64,000 bases of DNA, from NCBI RefSeq assembly GCF_030144855.1, contig NC_082736.1, forward strand, positions 7,750,001 through 7,814,000, given 5' to 3'. Each line of letters opens with the position of its first letter. Positions within the stretch are counted from its first letter, which is position 1. The position numbers and the translations under genes were made by a program. This document shows, piece after piece, positions 27,061 to 39,854 of this stretch. This DNA is from Hypanus sabinus. Taxonomy: Eukaryota. The notes beneath the pieces were generated by a model. That model saw only the letters and a list, made by a program, of their open reading frames with translations, made no database searches and was not told the origin of the DNA.

Positions 27061-29599
27061 TAACTATGCAGTGGTGTACTGGGGCAAATGGCATCAACAC
27101 GGGTGATGCCATCTGAGAATAAAACCGATTAGAAAGGCTGGCTGTGCTATAGGAGTTCAAACTGGACACAGTGGAGGCCCGTGGTAGAACTAAATCTCTT
27201 CAGCCTGTGTTTATCTAAGACGCCTGACAAATGTCCTTATCATATCTGCTTCCAGCACTCCCCATGGCAGCCCAAACCCGGCCCTCACCACTCTCTGTAC
27301 GGAAACAGATATCTTACCTGCCCTGAAATTCACCTTTAAATTCTCACCCTGGTGTTTTAAAGCTGTGCCTTCTCATATTTGATATTTCTACCCTGGGGGA
27401 AGTGATTCTGACTGTCTACCTTGTCTACACTTCTCATAGTTTTATAAACTTCTGTCAGGTCTCCCCTCAGCCTCCTTCACTCCAGGGAAAACAGTCCCAG
27501 TCAGTCTGATCTTTCCTTGTAATTCAAGCCCCCAGTCCAGGTAACATTCCTGTGAATCATTTCTGCACCTTAATCACATCCTTCCTCTCATGGTGACCAG
27601 AACTGCACAGGGTACTCCTGGTGTGGTGTAATTATTGATTTGTACAACTGTGATGTGATGTCCCAACTCCTCTCAGAGCCTTTGCCAATGAAGGTAAGCA
27701 TGTCGTGCACCTTCTTCACCACCTTGTCTACCTGTGTTGGCACTTTCAGGGAACTATGTTCCTGTGCCTTAGGTTTATCTTTTCATCAACACTCCTCAGG
27801 ACCCTGCCATTCACTGGGTATGTCCTGACCTGCTTTAACTTCCCAAAATCCATAAACTGCGTATTTATCTGTCACTTTAACAACACTTCTCTGTTTCTCT
27901 GCACCAACACCCCAGCAATAAATGTCAGTGAACCATTCACCTTTGAACCTTGCTCATATATGGTCTTATGAACCCCTCACTGCACCCGTCACTATTTTGT
28001 TGTGCAGGCAACACCTCGACCCCTCTCTGTTTCTCTCATTTACAATTTATTTCCACATCATAGTCTGACTTTTGATTTCTCCTGAATACTTTACATTGCC
28101 ATCACGCTTTGCCACCTTAAACTCCATTTTCCAAGTATTCTACTCACCAACTTCTTATACTGTTGGAGAGATGAAATGTCCAATCACAACATGTCCCCCC
28201 ACCACATTCCCTGTTATTGACAACCATGGATTCCTCCCTCCTCCGGGTTATTAAAATCAGTAATAAATCATTGGCGATCTAGAACTGGGCACTGTGACAC
28301 TCCACAGGTTAAGTCCATCCCAGTCTGAATCGGACCTGTTATTCTGTCTCAGTATGATAACCAGTCTTCAGTCAATATTACCACACTTCCTTCCCAGAAC
28401 TGAGCTCTGGTCTTGTGCACCAGCCTTTCATGTGGCACCTTGGCAAATGGCTCCTGACAATCGAAAATCACCACTTCTCCAACTTCCCCTGTAAAGTCTC
28501 AAATCTCTGGTAAGATTGTAATGATTCATATGATTTTTGACAAACATACTTTCATTTTGGAACACTGGCCTTCAGTCAGGGCACCGAATATAGAAACTGG
28601 GATGAAATGGTGCAGTTATACAACACATTGGTTTGGCTGCATTTCATAAATAGTGTTTAGTTTTCGTGACCATGCAGTATGACAAGACACCATTGAGCTG
28701 GAAAGAGTGCAGAGCTGATTTATGGGGATGTTGTTGGATCTCGAAGGACTGATTTGTGGAAAGTGTTTTGGACTATTTTCACTGGAAAGTTGGAGAATGA
28801 GTGCTGATATTGCAGAGGTGTATTAAATAATAAGGGGCCTGGTTTGGGTCAAGATAACTATTTTTGTCAGGGTTGGGGAATCAAGAACTGGAGGGCATTG
28901 ATTTAAGATGAGATTTAATAGGAACCTGAAGGGCAACTTTTCCACACAGAGGCTGGTCAGTGTATGGAGTGAGCTGCCGGGGAGGGGTTGAGTGGTTTAT
29001 ATTAAAAAGGTACTTGGTCAGGAAGATGGGAAGGAGAGGTTTTGAAGGATATGGGTCAAATGCAAGGAAATGGGACAAGGAGGAGGATAACCTTGTTCTT
29101 AATGTGGTGGTGAGGGGGTTCCTGACCACAAGATCAGATGGGAACTTTGTTCAGCGTGGACCATTTGAGCTGAAGGGCTCGCTTCTGTGCTGTGTGAATC
29201 TGACTGTAAACCCTGTTGACTTAGTTCAATTACATTAAACTTTTCTAAATGACTTGTTATTTCTTCACAGATTATAGACTCCAGTAGCTGAAGTGAAGTT
29301 AACTGGACTTACCAGTCACCTGCTTTTTATCTTCCACCCTTCTTCAACAATGGTTTTCAACTCCACTGGGACCTTTCTGTAACAGTGAGTTTTGACAGAC
29401 TTCAGTGTCTCTACTTTCTCTCCAGACTTCAGTGCAGATCATTGGGACCCCCAAAATGTTTGCTTTTAGTCCCATTAGTTTTCTCCCTCGTGATGACGGT
29501 TGTTACACATTATTGCACAATATTGAAATATCAGCATCAGATATCTGTGGGATGTTTGCTGTGTCCCCACTGTGAACACTAACTCCCTGTCGGTCCTAC

Positions 29600-30310
29600 G
29601 TTCAGTGCAGGCTGGCAATCCTGTGACACCGCTGGTGCCTGACTCCATCGGTCTCTGCCGTTGCTCTGGGTTCATCAGCTCCTGCATGGGCAACAGCTTG
29701 CTTTACGTATCGTACTACCCTGGTCTGCATATTGACTTCGACAGCCAGGGCGCAATATCCATGATCGACCCTGACCAGCAGAGGGCCATCACCAACATGT
29801 CTGTCCACGGCCTCCTCTCCTGCTACGATGAGGCCAAATACATGTTGGATGAGCAGCACCTCGTGTTTTCATTGTGTAGCCTCCAATCTTGATGGCAATG
29901 AACATTGATTTCTCCAAATTCCGGATATCACTACTCTCTGTTTTCCTTCACGCCCACTTGTTTCCCCCATTCTGCTGCAATTTAATCCCTTCACCTCTTC
30001 TCACGCACCCTATTGACCTGCCCGTCATCTCTCTCTGATTCTTTACCTCCTTCGTGTCATCCCATGGTCCGACATTCTCTCCTATTGGATTTCCTTTCTC
30101 TTCCTCTCTTTGCCTTTTCTGCCTGTCACCCCACCTCCTCATATCATCGTCCCTCCACAAACCACACACCCCCACTCGCTTGTCCTCCCCCCCCCTCCCC
30201 CACCACCCTTATTCTGGCTTTTGTCCCTTTCTGTCTCATCCCGATGAAGGTTCTCAGCCCGAAATGTTGACTCTTTGCTGAGTTCCTGCCGTATTTTGTG
30301 CGTGTTTGCT
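29600..30310 (+). mobile_element. Penelope-like element 3' fragment
   Basis: NMSVHGLLSCYDEAKYMLDEQHLVFSLCSLQ then pyrimidine tract and terminal repeat. Confidence 0.75.
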
Positions 30311-31102
30311 TCAGTCTGTGTATTGATTAAGCTGATCAAACTGGTACAGTGGAAGAGGAATTTGTGGAGTGGTCAGAGACAGTTTCTTACAGCAGGATCT
30401 TACCCAGGAACAGGACATTTCAGATGTAATCTGTGTAATGAGGTGGGATTACAGAGAGATCTTGTGGTGAAGGATCCCTGAAGAAGTGATCACAATGAGG
30501 GAGAACTCCAGACCACAGATTGAGGGTGAATTCAGGGTCCAGGTTTCAGGTCAGGGTTTTCCTTCCACTGGATGAGCTGCCATGCATGGTTGACCAGCCC
30601 ATCTGCCCATAGCTGTTGGTTGTATGACACTAGCAAACCGATTTGCGCCTTCCCCTGTCACTAGAAACGGTTCCATTGGGCTTAGTAGCTAAGCCATATG
30701 TTAAAGTCAGGAGCTGGATTTGGCTGACAGAGGCAATTTGAAGTGTACACCATTGGCAGCATTTAATGGGAAGTGGGAGCTTGTCCCATTATCATTCCAC
30801 CACTGGTTAAGACAGCTGTAAGGCACTGATATGTCAGTATGTGAATGGGAAACTCAGATGGAATGGGTTTCCACCAGCAGATCGTGGTTGTTGCAGCTCT
30901 CAAAGCAAACGTACTCAATGCAGCAGTACTCCAATCTGCCTCTGATTAAATCTCTCATGATAATCACAGCTCCATTCTCATCTCTCTTTGATATTTCCCC
31001 TTTTGTGTTTTATCCCATCGGGAGGAACACCTGATGATCTTGAGACCACTCCTCCCCGTGTCTTCTTTCCCTCCCCTTTCACCATCACTGTCCCGACATG
31101 TA

Positions 31103-34100
31103 AAGTGCCTATGAAAAGTGCCCCTTGGAAGTTTTCATGTTTTATTGTTTTACGATTTTGAATCACAGTGGATTAAATTTGGCTTTTTTTAACTGATCAA
31201 CAGAAAAAGACTCTTGTGTCAAAGTGAAAACAGATCTCTACAAAGTGCTCTAAATTAATTACGGATAGAAGTCACAAAATAATTGTCTGTATAAGTATTC
31301 ACCTCCTTTATTATAACACACCAAGTCATCACTGGTGCAGCCAATTGGGTTTAGGAGTTACATTTAAAGTTAAATGGAGATCACCATGTGCAGTCAAGCT
31401 GTTTCAATTGATTGTAGTAAAAATACACGACTGTTGGTAGTCAGTATTCTGGCAAAGACTACACCATGAAGACAAAAGAACACTCCAAGTAGCTCTGCAA
31501 AAAGCTTATTGAAAAGCACGAGTCAGGAGACTGATACAAGAAAATTTCCAAGTCACTGAATACCCTTAGAGTCCAGTTTAGTCATAGAAACATAGAAAAC
31601 CTACAGCACCCTACAGGCCCTTCGGCCCACAAAGTTGTGCCGAACATGTCCCTATCTTAGAAATTACCAGGCTCACCTATAGCCCTCTATTTTTCTGAAG
31701 CGCCATGGACCTATTGAAAAGCCTCTTAAAAGACCCTATCATATCCGCTTCTACCACCATTGCCGGCAGCCCATTCCATGCACTCACCACTTTCTGAGTA
31801 AAAAACTTATCCCTGCCATCTCCTCTGTACCTACTCCCCAGCACCTGAAACCTGTGTCTGCTTGTGGCAGCCATTTCAGCTCTTGGAAAAAGCCTCTGAC
31901 GATCCACACGATCAATGCCTCTCATCATTTTGTACACCTCTATCAGGTCACCAGTCATCCTCCTTTGCTGCAAAAAGAATAGGCTGAGTTCATTCATTTT
32001 ATTCTCATAAGGCATGCTCCCCAATCCAGGCAATGTCCTTGTAAATGTCCTCTGCACCCTTTCTATGACTTCCACATCCTTCCTGTAGACAGTCGACCAG
32101 AACTGAGCACAGTACTCCAGGTGGGTTCTGACCAGGGTTGTGTATAGCTGCAACATTACCTCTCTGCTCCTAAATTCAATTCCACGATTGATGAAGGCCA
32201 ATACACCATATGCCTTTTTAACCACTGAGTCAACCTGCGCAGCTGCTTTGAGCGTCTGTGGACTCGGACCCCAAGATCACTCTGATCCTCCACACTGCAA
32301 AGAGTCTTACCATTAATACTATATTCTGCCATCATATTTGACCTATCAAAATGAACCACTTCAGACTTAACTGGGTTGAACTCCATCTGCCACTTCTCAG
32401 CCCAGTTTTGCTCCTATCAATGTCCCTCTGTAACCTCTGACAGCCGTCCACAGTGTCCACTAATCCTCCAACCTTTGTGTCATCAGCAAACTTACTAACC
32501 CATCCCTCCACTTCCTCATCTAGGACATTTATAAAGATCACGAAGGGTCCCAGAACTGGTGACCGACCTCCATGCAGAATATGACCCATCTACAACCATT
32601 CTTTGCCTTCTGTGGGCAAGCCAGTTCTGGATCCACAAAGCAATGTCCCCTTGCCTCCCATGCTTCCTTACTTTCTCAGTATGCCTCAGTACTTGCATGG
32701 GGTACCTTATCAAATGCCTTGCTGAAATCCATATGCACTATATCTACTGCTCTTCCTTCATGAATGTGTTTAGTTCCATCCTCAAAAAATCCAATCAGGC
32801 TTGTAAGGCACATCCTGCCCTTGACAAAGCCATGCTGACTACTCCTGATCATATCATAGCTCTCCAAATCTTCATAAATCCTGCCTCTCAGGATCTTCTC
32901 CATCATCTTCCCAACCACTGAGGTAAGACTCACTGGTCTGTAATTTCCTGGGCTAACTCTACTCCCTTTCTTGAAGAAAGGAACAACATCCACAATCCTC
33001 CAATCCTCTGGAACCTCTCCCTTCCCCATTGATGGTGCAAAGATCATTGCCAGAGGCTCAGCAATCTCCGCCCCTCGCCTACCCCATATAGCATGGGGTA
33101 CATTTCGTCCACTCCCAGCAACTTATCCAACTTCCCAAATGCTCCAGCACATCCTCTTTCTTAATATCTATATGCTCAAGCTTTTCAGTCTGCTGCAAGT
33201 CATCACGACAATCACTAAGATCCTTTTCCATAGTGAATACTGAAGTAAAGTATTCATTAGGTACCTCTGCTATTTCCTCCTGTTGCATACACGCTTTCCC
33301 ACTGTCATGCTTGATAAGTCTATTCTGTCATGTCTTATCCTCTTAGTCTTCACATACTTGTAGAATGCCTTGGGTTTTCCTTAATCCTGCCCGCCAAGGC
33401 CTTCTGGCTCTCCTAATTTCCTCCTTAAGCACCTTCCTAGTAGCCTTATAATCTTCTAGATCTCTGTCATCCAGAAGTGGAACGAATATGGCAGTTGTAA
33501 ACCTACCTCGAGCAGACAGTATTCAAAAATTGAGCAGCTGTGCAAGAAGAGAACTAGAGAGAGAGGCTACCAAAATACCTTTGATAACTCTTGATAACTC
33601 AAGCTTCTGTGGCTAAAATGAGAGAGATTTTGCATACAATGATAGTTGCCCAGGTGTTTCACCTGTCACAGGTTTGTCAGGGAGTGGCAAAGAGAAAGCC
33701 ACTGTTGAAAAAAGCTGTCATGAAATCTCACCTGGAGTTTGTCAGAGGACGAGGGGGTCTCTGAAGCCAGTTGGAAGAAGGTTCTATGGTCTGAAATTAA
33801 AATAGAACTTTTTTTGCAATCAGACTAAACTCTTAAGTTTGATGTAAGCCGAACACTGCACATCATCAAAAACACACCATTCCTACTGTGGAGAATGGTG
33901 CATTGTGCTTCACGGCAGCAAGCCCTGGAAAGCTTGTGAAGGTACAGGGTAAAATGAATGGAGCAAAATACAGGGAAATCCTGTTAGAAAACGTAACGCA
34001 GTCTGCAAGAAAACTGTGACTTAGGAGAAGATTTGTTTTCCAGCAAGACAATGACCACCAGCTTAAAACCAAAGCTGCATAGGAATGCATTAAAACAGCA

Positions 34101-34343
34101 AAGTTAATGTCCTAGAGTGGCCAAGTCAGAGTCCAGACTTCAGTCTGTAGTTGGATTTGAAAAGAGCTTTTCACTCACAAACTGTATGCATTCTGACAGA
34201 TCTTGAGTAGTTTTGTAAGGAAGAATCGGGAAAAATTGCAGTGTCCAGATGTGCAAAGCTGATAGAGACCTAGCCACACAGACTCAAGGCTGTAATTGCT
34301 GCCAATGGTGCATCAACTAAATACTGACTTGAAGGAGCTGAAT
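31103..34343 (+). mobile_element. Tc1/mariner DNA transposon, inactive, interrupted by CR1
   Basis: TA + AAGTGCCTATGAAAAGT left end; inner repeat AAGTATTCACC; transposase start MKTKEHSK at 31466 with stops; QDND and WPSQSPD motifs near 34040-34145. Confidence 0.85.
31583..33465 (-). mobile_element. CR1 LINE nested in Tc1
   Basis: PGNYRPVSLTS, MDFSKAFDKVPH, KFADDTK, LEYCAQFWS; CATAGAAA tail; GTCAT at both junctions (31581-31585, 33466-33470). Confidence 0.92.
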
Positions 34344-34959
34344 ATGCCTACCTGGACATGGTCCATTCCCTGTACGTTTGTATGCCTGTCTTAATACATG
34401 ACTCCCTTACTCAACACCCTGACCAGTCAGGACCAGCGTTCTGTACACCTTATCCCATTGTGTAGCCACGTTCAGTGAACTATGTGCCTGGATCCAAAGT
34501 TCACTCTTTACACCAATGCTGGGAAGGGGTCAATGATTAACATTATACTTCCTTCTTTCATTTGATCTCCCAAAGTGCCATACCACATTCCCTCCCAGAT
34601 TAAGTTCCTTCTGCAATTTCTCTGCATATGTTTGTGATCGGTGTCCCACTGTGTGCATTGATCAATATTTACACTGTCCACAGTTCCATCAATCTTGCTG
34701 TCACATGTAAACTTGTAAACCACCCATCAACATTTTCATTCAAACATTGACATATATCACAATCAGCATAATTCCCAGCATCAATCCTTGTTGATCACCA
34801 CTGTTCACGGACTTCCGACACTACTTAGCCTTCTATGAGGAATCCATTTCTGAATTGAAATTGCAATTTATATTGAATCCCACTAAGATCTGTAGAGATC
34901 ATGTCCACAGTCTTGCCTTCATCAAGCACCAAGATGTTGGGGCTGATTCTTTTTACATT

Positions 34960-35890
34960 ATATGCCAATGATTTGAATGATGGAGTAGATGGATTTGTTG
35001 CAAAATTTGCAGATGATATGAAGAGACAGGTGGATGTGCAGGTATTTCTGAGGAAATAGGGAAAGACAGACAGATGAAGAGAATAGGCAAATATGTGGCA
35101 GATGGAATACAGAACTGGAAGTGTATGGTCATGCACTTCGGTTGAATTATATTAGGGTTGACATTTTCTAAAGGGAGAAAAGATACAGAAAAAATGAGGT
35201 GCAAAGGGATTTGGGAGTCATTGTGCTGGTTCTGTAAAGGTTAATTTGCAGGTATAGTCTGTGGTGAGGAAGGCAAATGTGAAGTTAGCATTCATTTCAA
35301 GAGGATTAGAATATAAGAGCAAGGATGTGATGTTGAGACTTTATGAAGTACTGGTGAGGTCTCACTTAGAGTATTGGGAGCAGTTTTGGGCCCTTTATCG
35401 TGATGAGCTGGAACTGGATGGGTTTCAAACGAGATTCTCAAAAATGATTCCAAGATTAAACAGCTTGCCATATGAAGGGTGTTTGATGGCTCTGGGCCTT
35501 TATTCCCTGGAAGTTAGAACAATGAGGGATGACTAATTGAAACCTATCGAATGGTGAAAGACCTTGATAAAGTTGAAGTGGAGAGGATGGGAGTGTCTAA
35601 GACCAGAGGACACAGCCTCAGAAGAGAGGGACATCCTTTTAGAATGGAGATGAGGAAGAATTTCTTCAGAGAGTGTGGTGAATCTGTAGAATTCATTGCC
35701 ACAGGTGGCAGCTGTGGAGGCCAAGACTTTAGGTATTTATGGCAGAAGTTGATTGGTTCTTGATTGGTCAGCGCATGAAGAGATACAGGGAGAAGGTAGG
35801 AGATTGGGGCTGAGAGGAGAAATGTATCAGCCAAGATGAAAAGACAGAGCAGACTTGATGGGCCAAATTTCCTAATTCTACACCTTTATG
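34960..35890 (+). mobile_element. CR1 LINE 3' fragment
   Basis: KFADD; KANVKLAFISRGLEYKSKDVMLRLY; KTRGHSLR. Confidence 0.8.
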
Positions 35891-36606
35891 TTATTTCTGT
35901 ATCACCACCACTGAAACTTCGATCAATTTTGTCAAGCGTGATGTGCCCACACAAAACCATGCTGATTGTCCCGAAGCAAGCCATGCCTTTCCAAGTGTGC
36001 ATGAATCCTGTACCTCAATATTGACTCGGATCTGCTGGTCTTTAAACAACTCCCACATGTCAGGCCTGGACTTGTCAAACAGTGGCTCCTCCCAATCAAT
36101 GCGGCTTGGCTTTTGTCTGACTGCATTCTAACTTGCCCTTCTGGGATTTAGTACCTTCATACAGGATCTAATTTTATTCTTACTCATAAGTAAGAGAAAT
36201 ATAAGATCCAAAAATATTCACTGACTCTCAGCTGTCAGCTGGCCTGGTTCATTTCTGCAAAACTAATTCCCGTCTGTTCTGAACTCTGATTGGGCTCTAC
36301 ATAATGTTTCAAACATTCCTCAGATTCGCTGAACCAGTCTGGAATATTTTAAGAATAAGCAAGTTGCAGTCAATTCTATGAGAGATAAAGTCCCCCACTT
36401 GTTACTGGGGAGGGGCAATTCAATAATCCCGTCAGTGTAACTGAAGTTTGCCGTGTAAATGAACCCTCCAGTTTGCTGTGACATTCTCAGTTGTGTAACG
36501 TTTGCACCTTTTAACCACCTTCCCCCCCCCCACTCACATGTAAAACATTCAAACCCAGGAATGTTGAGCTGCCAGCCCTGTCTATCTGACACATACTCCT
36601 AATGTT

Positions 36607-36790
36607 TTGTGTCGGATAGACCGTTGGAAATTGGCGAGTGTGGTAAAGTGAAGGCGAAGCTGGACGATGAGAGGCCGCTCTCGGCTCTGTCCGTCACTCT
36701 GACTCTGTCTCCTCCCTTCCCCGCCTCTGTCTCTCTGCACGTTTCTCGGGCAGGTCGGGGCGCTGTGTATAAAAGGAGACATCAGCAGTC
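36607..36790 (+). promoter_or_regulatory. H4 upstream region / promoter
   Basis: TATAAAA at 36768-36774, about 55 bp upstream of ATG; GC-rich elements upstream. Confidence 0.7.
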
Positions 36791-36819
36791 GGTTTGTCAC
36801 TGAGCAGTGACCCGAGTGA

Positions 36820-37140
<321 letters not shown>

Positions 37141-37173
37141 AAAACTCCCACTTCCTCCCGAGCACAACACAAA

Positions 37174-37189
37174 GGCTCTTCTAAGAGCC
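37174..37189 (+). terminator. Histone 3' stem-loop of H4
   Basis: GGCTCTTCTAAGAGCC + ACCCA. Confidence 0.93.
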
Positions 37190-37689
37190 ACCCACCGCCT
37201 CACAGACGGAGCCGTGTCCACTACCCTTTAACTATTTTTATCGATATATTTGACTGAGTTACTTTTGAAGCAGATTAATCCGTTCCGCTTGAAGTATCCC
37301 TGCAATTCTGCCTTTTCAGTTGGTGAATACGGCAGAAGCTCGGAATGGATTAAGATCGATCAGCATCCCCTTGTCTGTCTCGGACAGAAATCAGTTCCCT
37401 CATTCAGAGAAACGATTCTGTAATCATCCTTTTAAATCTTCACTGAGGCAATTATATATTAAATGAAACTGATATTGTAGAATCCGTGATATAATTAAGT
37501 GTAAATAATATAAAAAAGTAATCAAGCATCATTGCTGGGTGCTCTGAAATTGGCGGGCAATTTGAAATTAATCCTGCGCCAATCACACTGTATTCTGATT
37601 GTATGAAGTCCGACAGCCAGTAACTTTGTAGAAATCCTTCACTGTGCACGTGGTGTGTGAGGGACTTTTCTTTCCCCTCTCTGGAGCTC

Positions 37690-37823
37690 TGTGTTTCGGA
37701 TAAACCGTTGGAAATTGATGGGTGTAGTAAAGTGAAGACGGAGCTGGAAGACGAGAGGCCGGTCTTGACCCTGTGCTTCATTCTGACTCTGTCCCCTCAC
37801 CTCCCGGCCTCTGTCTCTCTGCA
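37690..37823 (+). repeat. Diverged direct copy of H4 upstream sequence (36607-36740)
   Basis: CGGATAAACCGTTGGAAATTG...AAAGTGAAG...GAGAGGCCG...GCCTCTGTCTCTCTGCA aligns with 36612-36739. Confidence 0.8.
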
Positions 37824-38650
37824 GGAGTAGTGGCAGAGGATTGGAGGATGGGTTATGTTATCTAGTCACGTAGGAAAAAATCGAAGGAAAACCAAACACA
37901 AGACATTGTTCAGATTATGGAGGGTCTCGGCCTGAAACGTTGGCTGTTTACTGTTTCTCACAGATGCTGCCTGGCCTGCTGAGTTCCTCCAGCACTGTGC
38001 GGGTATCGCTGCAAGGAAAAGCCTGGGAGCTGAGTCAGGTCTGCTGCTGCAGTTCATTCATTAAAGACTCGGCTGACAATGTCAATGCCCGGCTCAACAA
38101 ATATGCAGATATCACTAAAGTGTGAAGAATGTAACCAGCAATAAAACAGGACGGTGGTCAATGAGGGCAGTGATTTGAGTAATGGCAGATAAATGTGAGA
38201 AAGAGAATAGGTGCAGGAGTAGTCCATTCGGCCCTTCGAGTCTGCAAACAAGAACAAGAGATGTTCCGTTGTCATTGACGAACCAGGGCAGAACTGCCGT
38301 GGGGAATGGTCGGTCCCTGGGAGTGCTGTAAAACAGAGAGACATCGGGGTGCAGATATCGAATTCCTTCAAAGTGTAAACACAGGTCGGCAGGACGGTGA
38401 AGGTGGTGTTTGCCACACTTGCATTCATCGGGAGAGTATTGGGCACTGGACCGTGACGTCACATTACAGCTCTCCCAGCCTTGGGGAAACCACTCTTGGA
38501 GCACGGCGTACAGTTATAGTTGCCCAATGATCAGAGGGTGACATTAAACTGGAGAGGGTGCAAAAGGGATTTAACAGGAGGCTGGATAGACTGGAACATT
38601 CTCACCAGAGTGTATATGACATTACAGAGGCTGATAAAATAATGGCAGGC

Positions 38651-39854
38651 TTTTTTTTTCCAGCCCTCTTTTATGGATCAAGCCTTTGCATTATGGGAAA
38701 CGAGAGGTATAACATGTTTTCGTGATGTATTTTTAGACAACAGTTTTATGTCCTTTGAACAGCTATCCAATAAACATAATTTGCCTAAAAGTCATTTTTT
38801 TAGATACTTGCAAGTTAGAAATCTCTTGCATAATATATTACAGTCTTTTCCGAAACCATGTCCAATGGATATTATGGAAATTTTTTTAGCTCCGAATCCT
38901 TGCCAGAAGGGTTTAGTAGCCATCATTTATAACATGATCATGAAAATACAGCCAGCAGTATTAGAAAAAATTAAGAAGGAATGGGAAAAAGAACTTCACT
39001 GTCTTATATCCACAGAGCAGTGGGAGAAAATTTTACAGTTAGTCAATTCTTCTTCTATTTGTGCTAAAAATGCCCTAAAACAATTTAAGGTTGTACATAG
39101 GGCTCACATGTCCAAGGATAAACTTGTTCGATTTTATTCTTATGTTAATCCAATCTGTGACAGATGTCATTCTGAAGTCGCTTCATTGACCCACATGTTT
39201 TGGTCTTGCCCCTGTTTGCAAAATTATTGGAAAGATATTTTTGGTATTATTTCAACAGTTCTGAATATCAAATTGCAACCGCATCCTATTACTGCAATTT
39301 TCGGTTTACCAATGGTGGATAATAGTTGTTTATCCCCCTCAGCCCGGCAGATGATTGCATTTGTTACAGTAATGGTTAGAAGATCTATACTGTTGAACTG
39401 GAAATAAATTAATTCTCCAACTATATTTCAGTTATTTTCTCAAACTATTTCTTGTTAGAGTTTAGAAAAAAATAGAAGTGTTGTTTTTGACCCTTCAGTT
39501 AAATTTGAAGAAACTTGGAGACCATTTATTCAACATTTTCATATGAGCTAAACTGACTTTTCCTAAACCTTACTCTTATCATCCTTAATTATCTGGATGG
39601 AGGTGTGGAGTTATTGATGCTACTGCGTATAATTGATATAGTGCAATGGCCCATGTTGGTTAGGTTTTTTTTTTGGGGTGGTTTTCTTATTTTCTCCATT
39701 TTCTGTAACCACTATGAGTTTGGGAGGTTATTATATATGGATTATGATCTATTTGTATCTATACTTTAACCTATTAATTATGTACTCTCAAGCTTTTTCT
39801 ATTCATGTTTAATTTATGTTTGTTTAAAATCAATAAAAAGATTTTAAAAGAAAG
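38651..39854 (+). mobile_element. L1-clade LINE, 5'-truncated, with 15-bp TSD
   Basis: ORF 38673-39407 with zf-RVT CDRCHSEVASLTHMFWSC; AATAAA and A-rich tail; AAAATAATGGCAGGC at 38636-38650 and 39855-39869. Confidence 0.92.

Noticed and set aside
26873-27169. Apparent exon with acceptor followed by ATG (MASPVLMPF...)
   Set aside because: Other frames give degenerate CR1 endonuclease motifs
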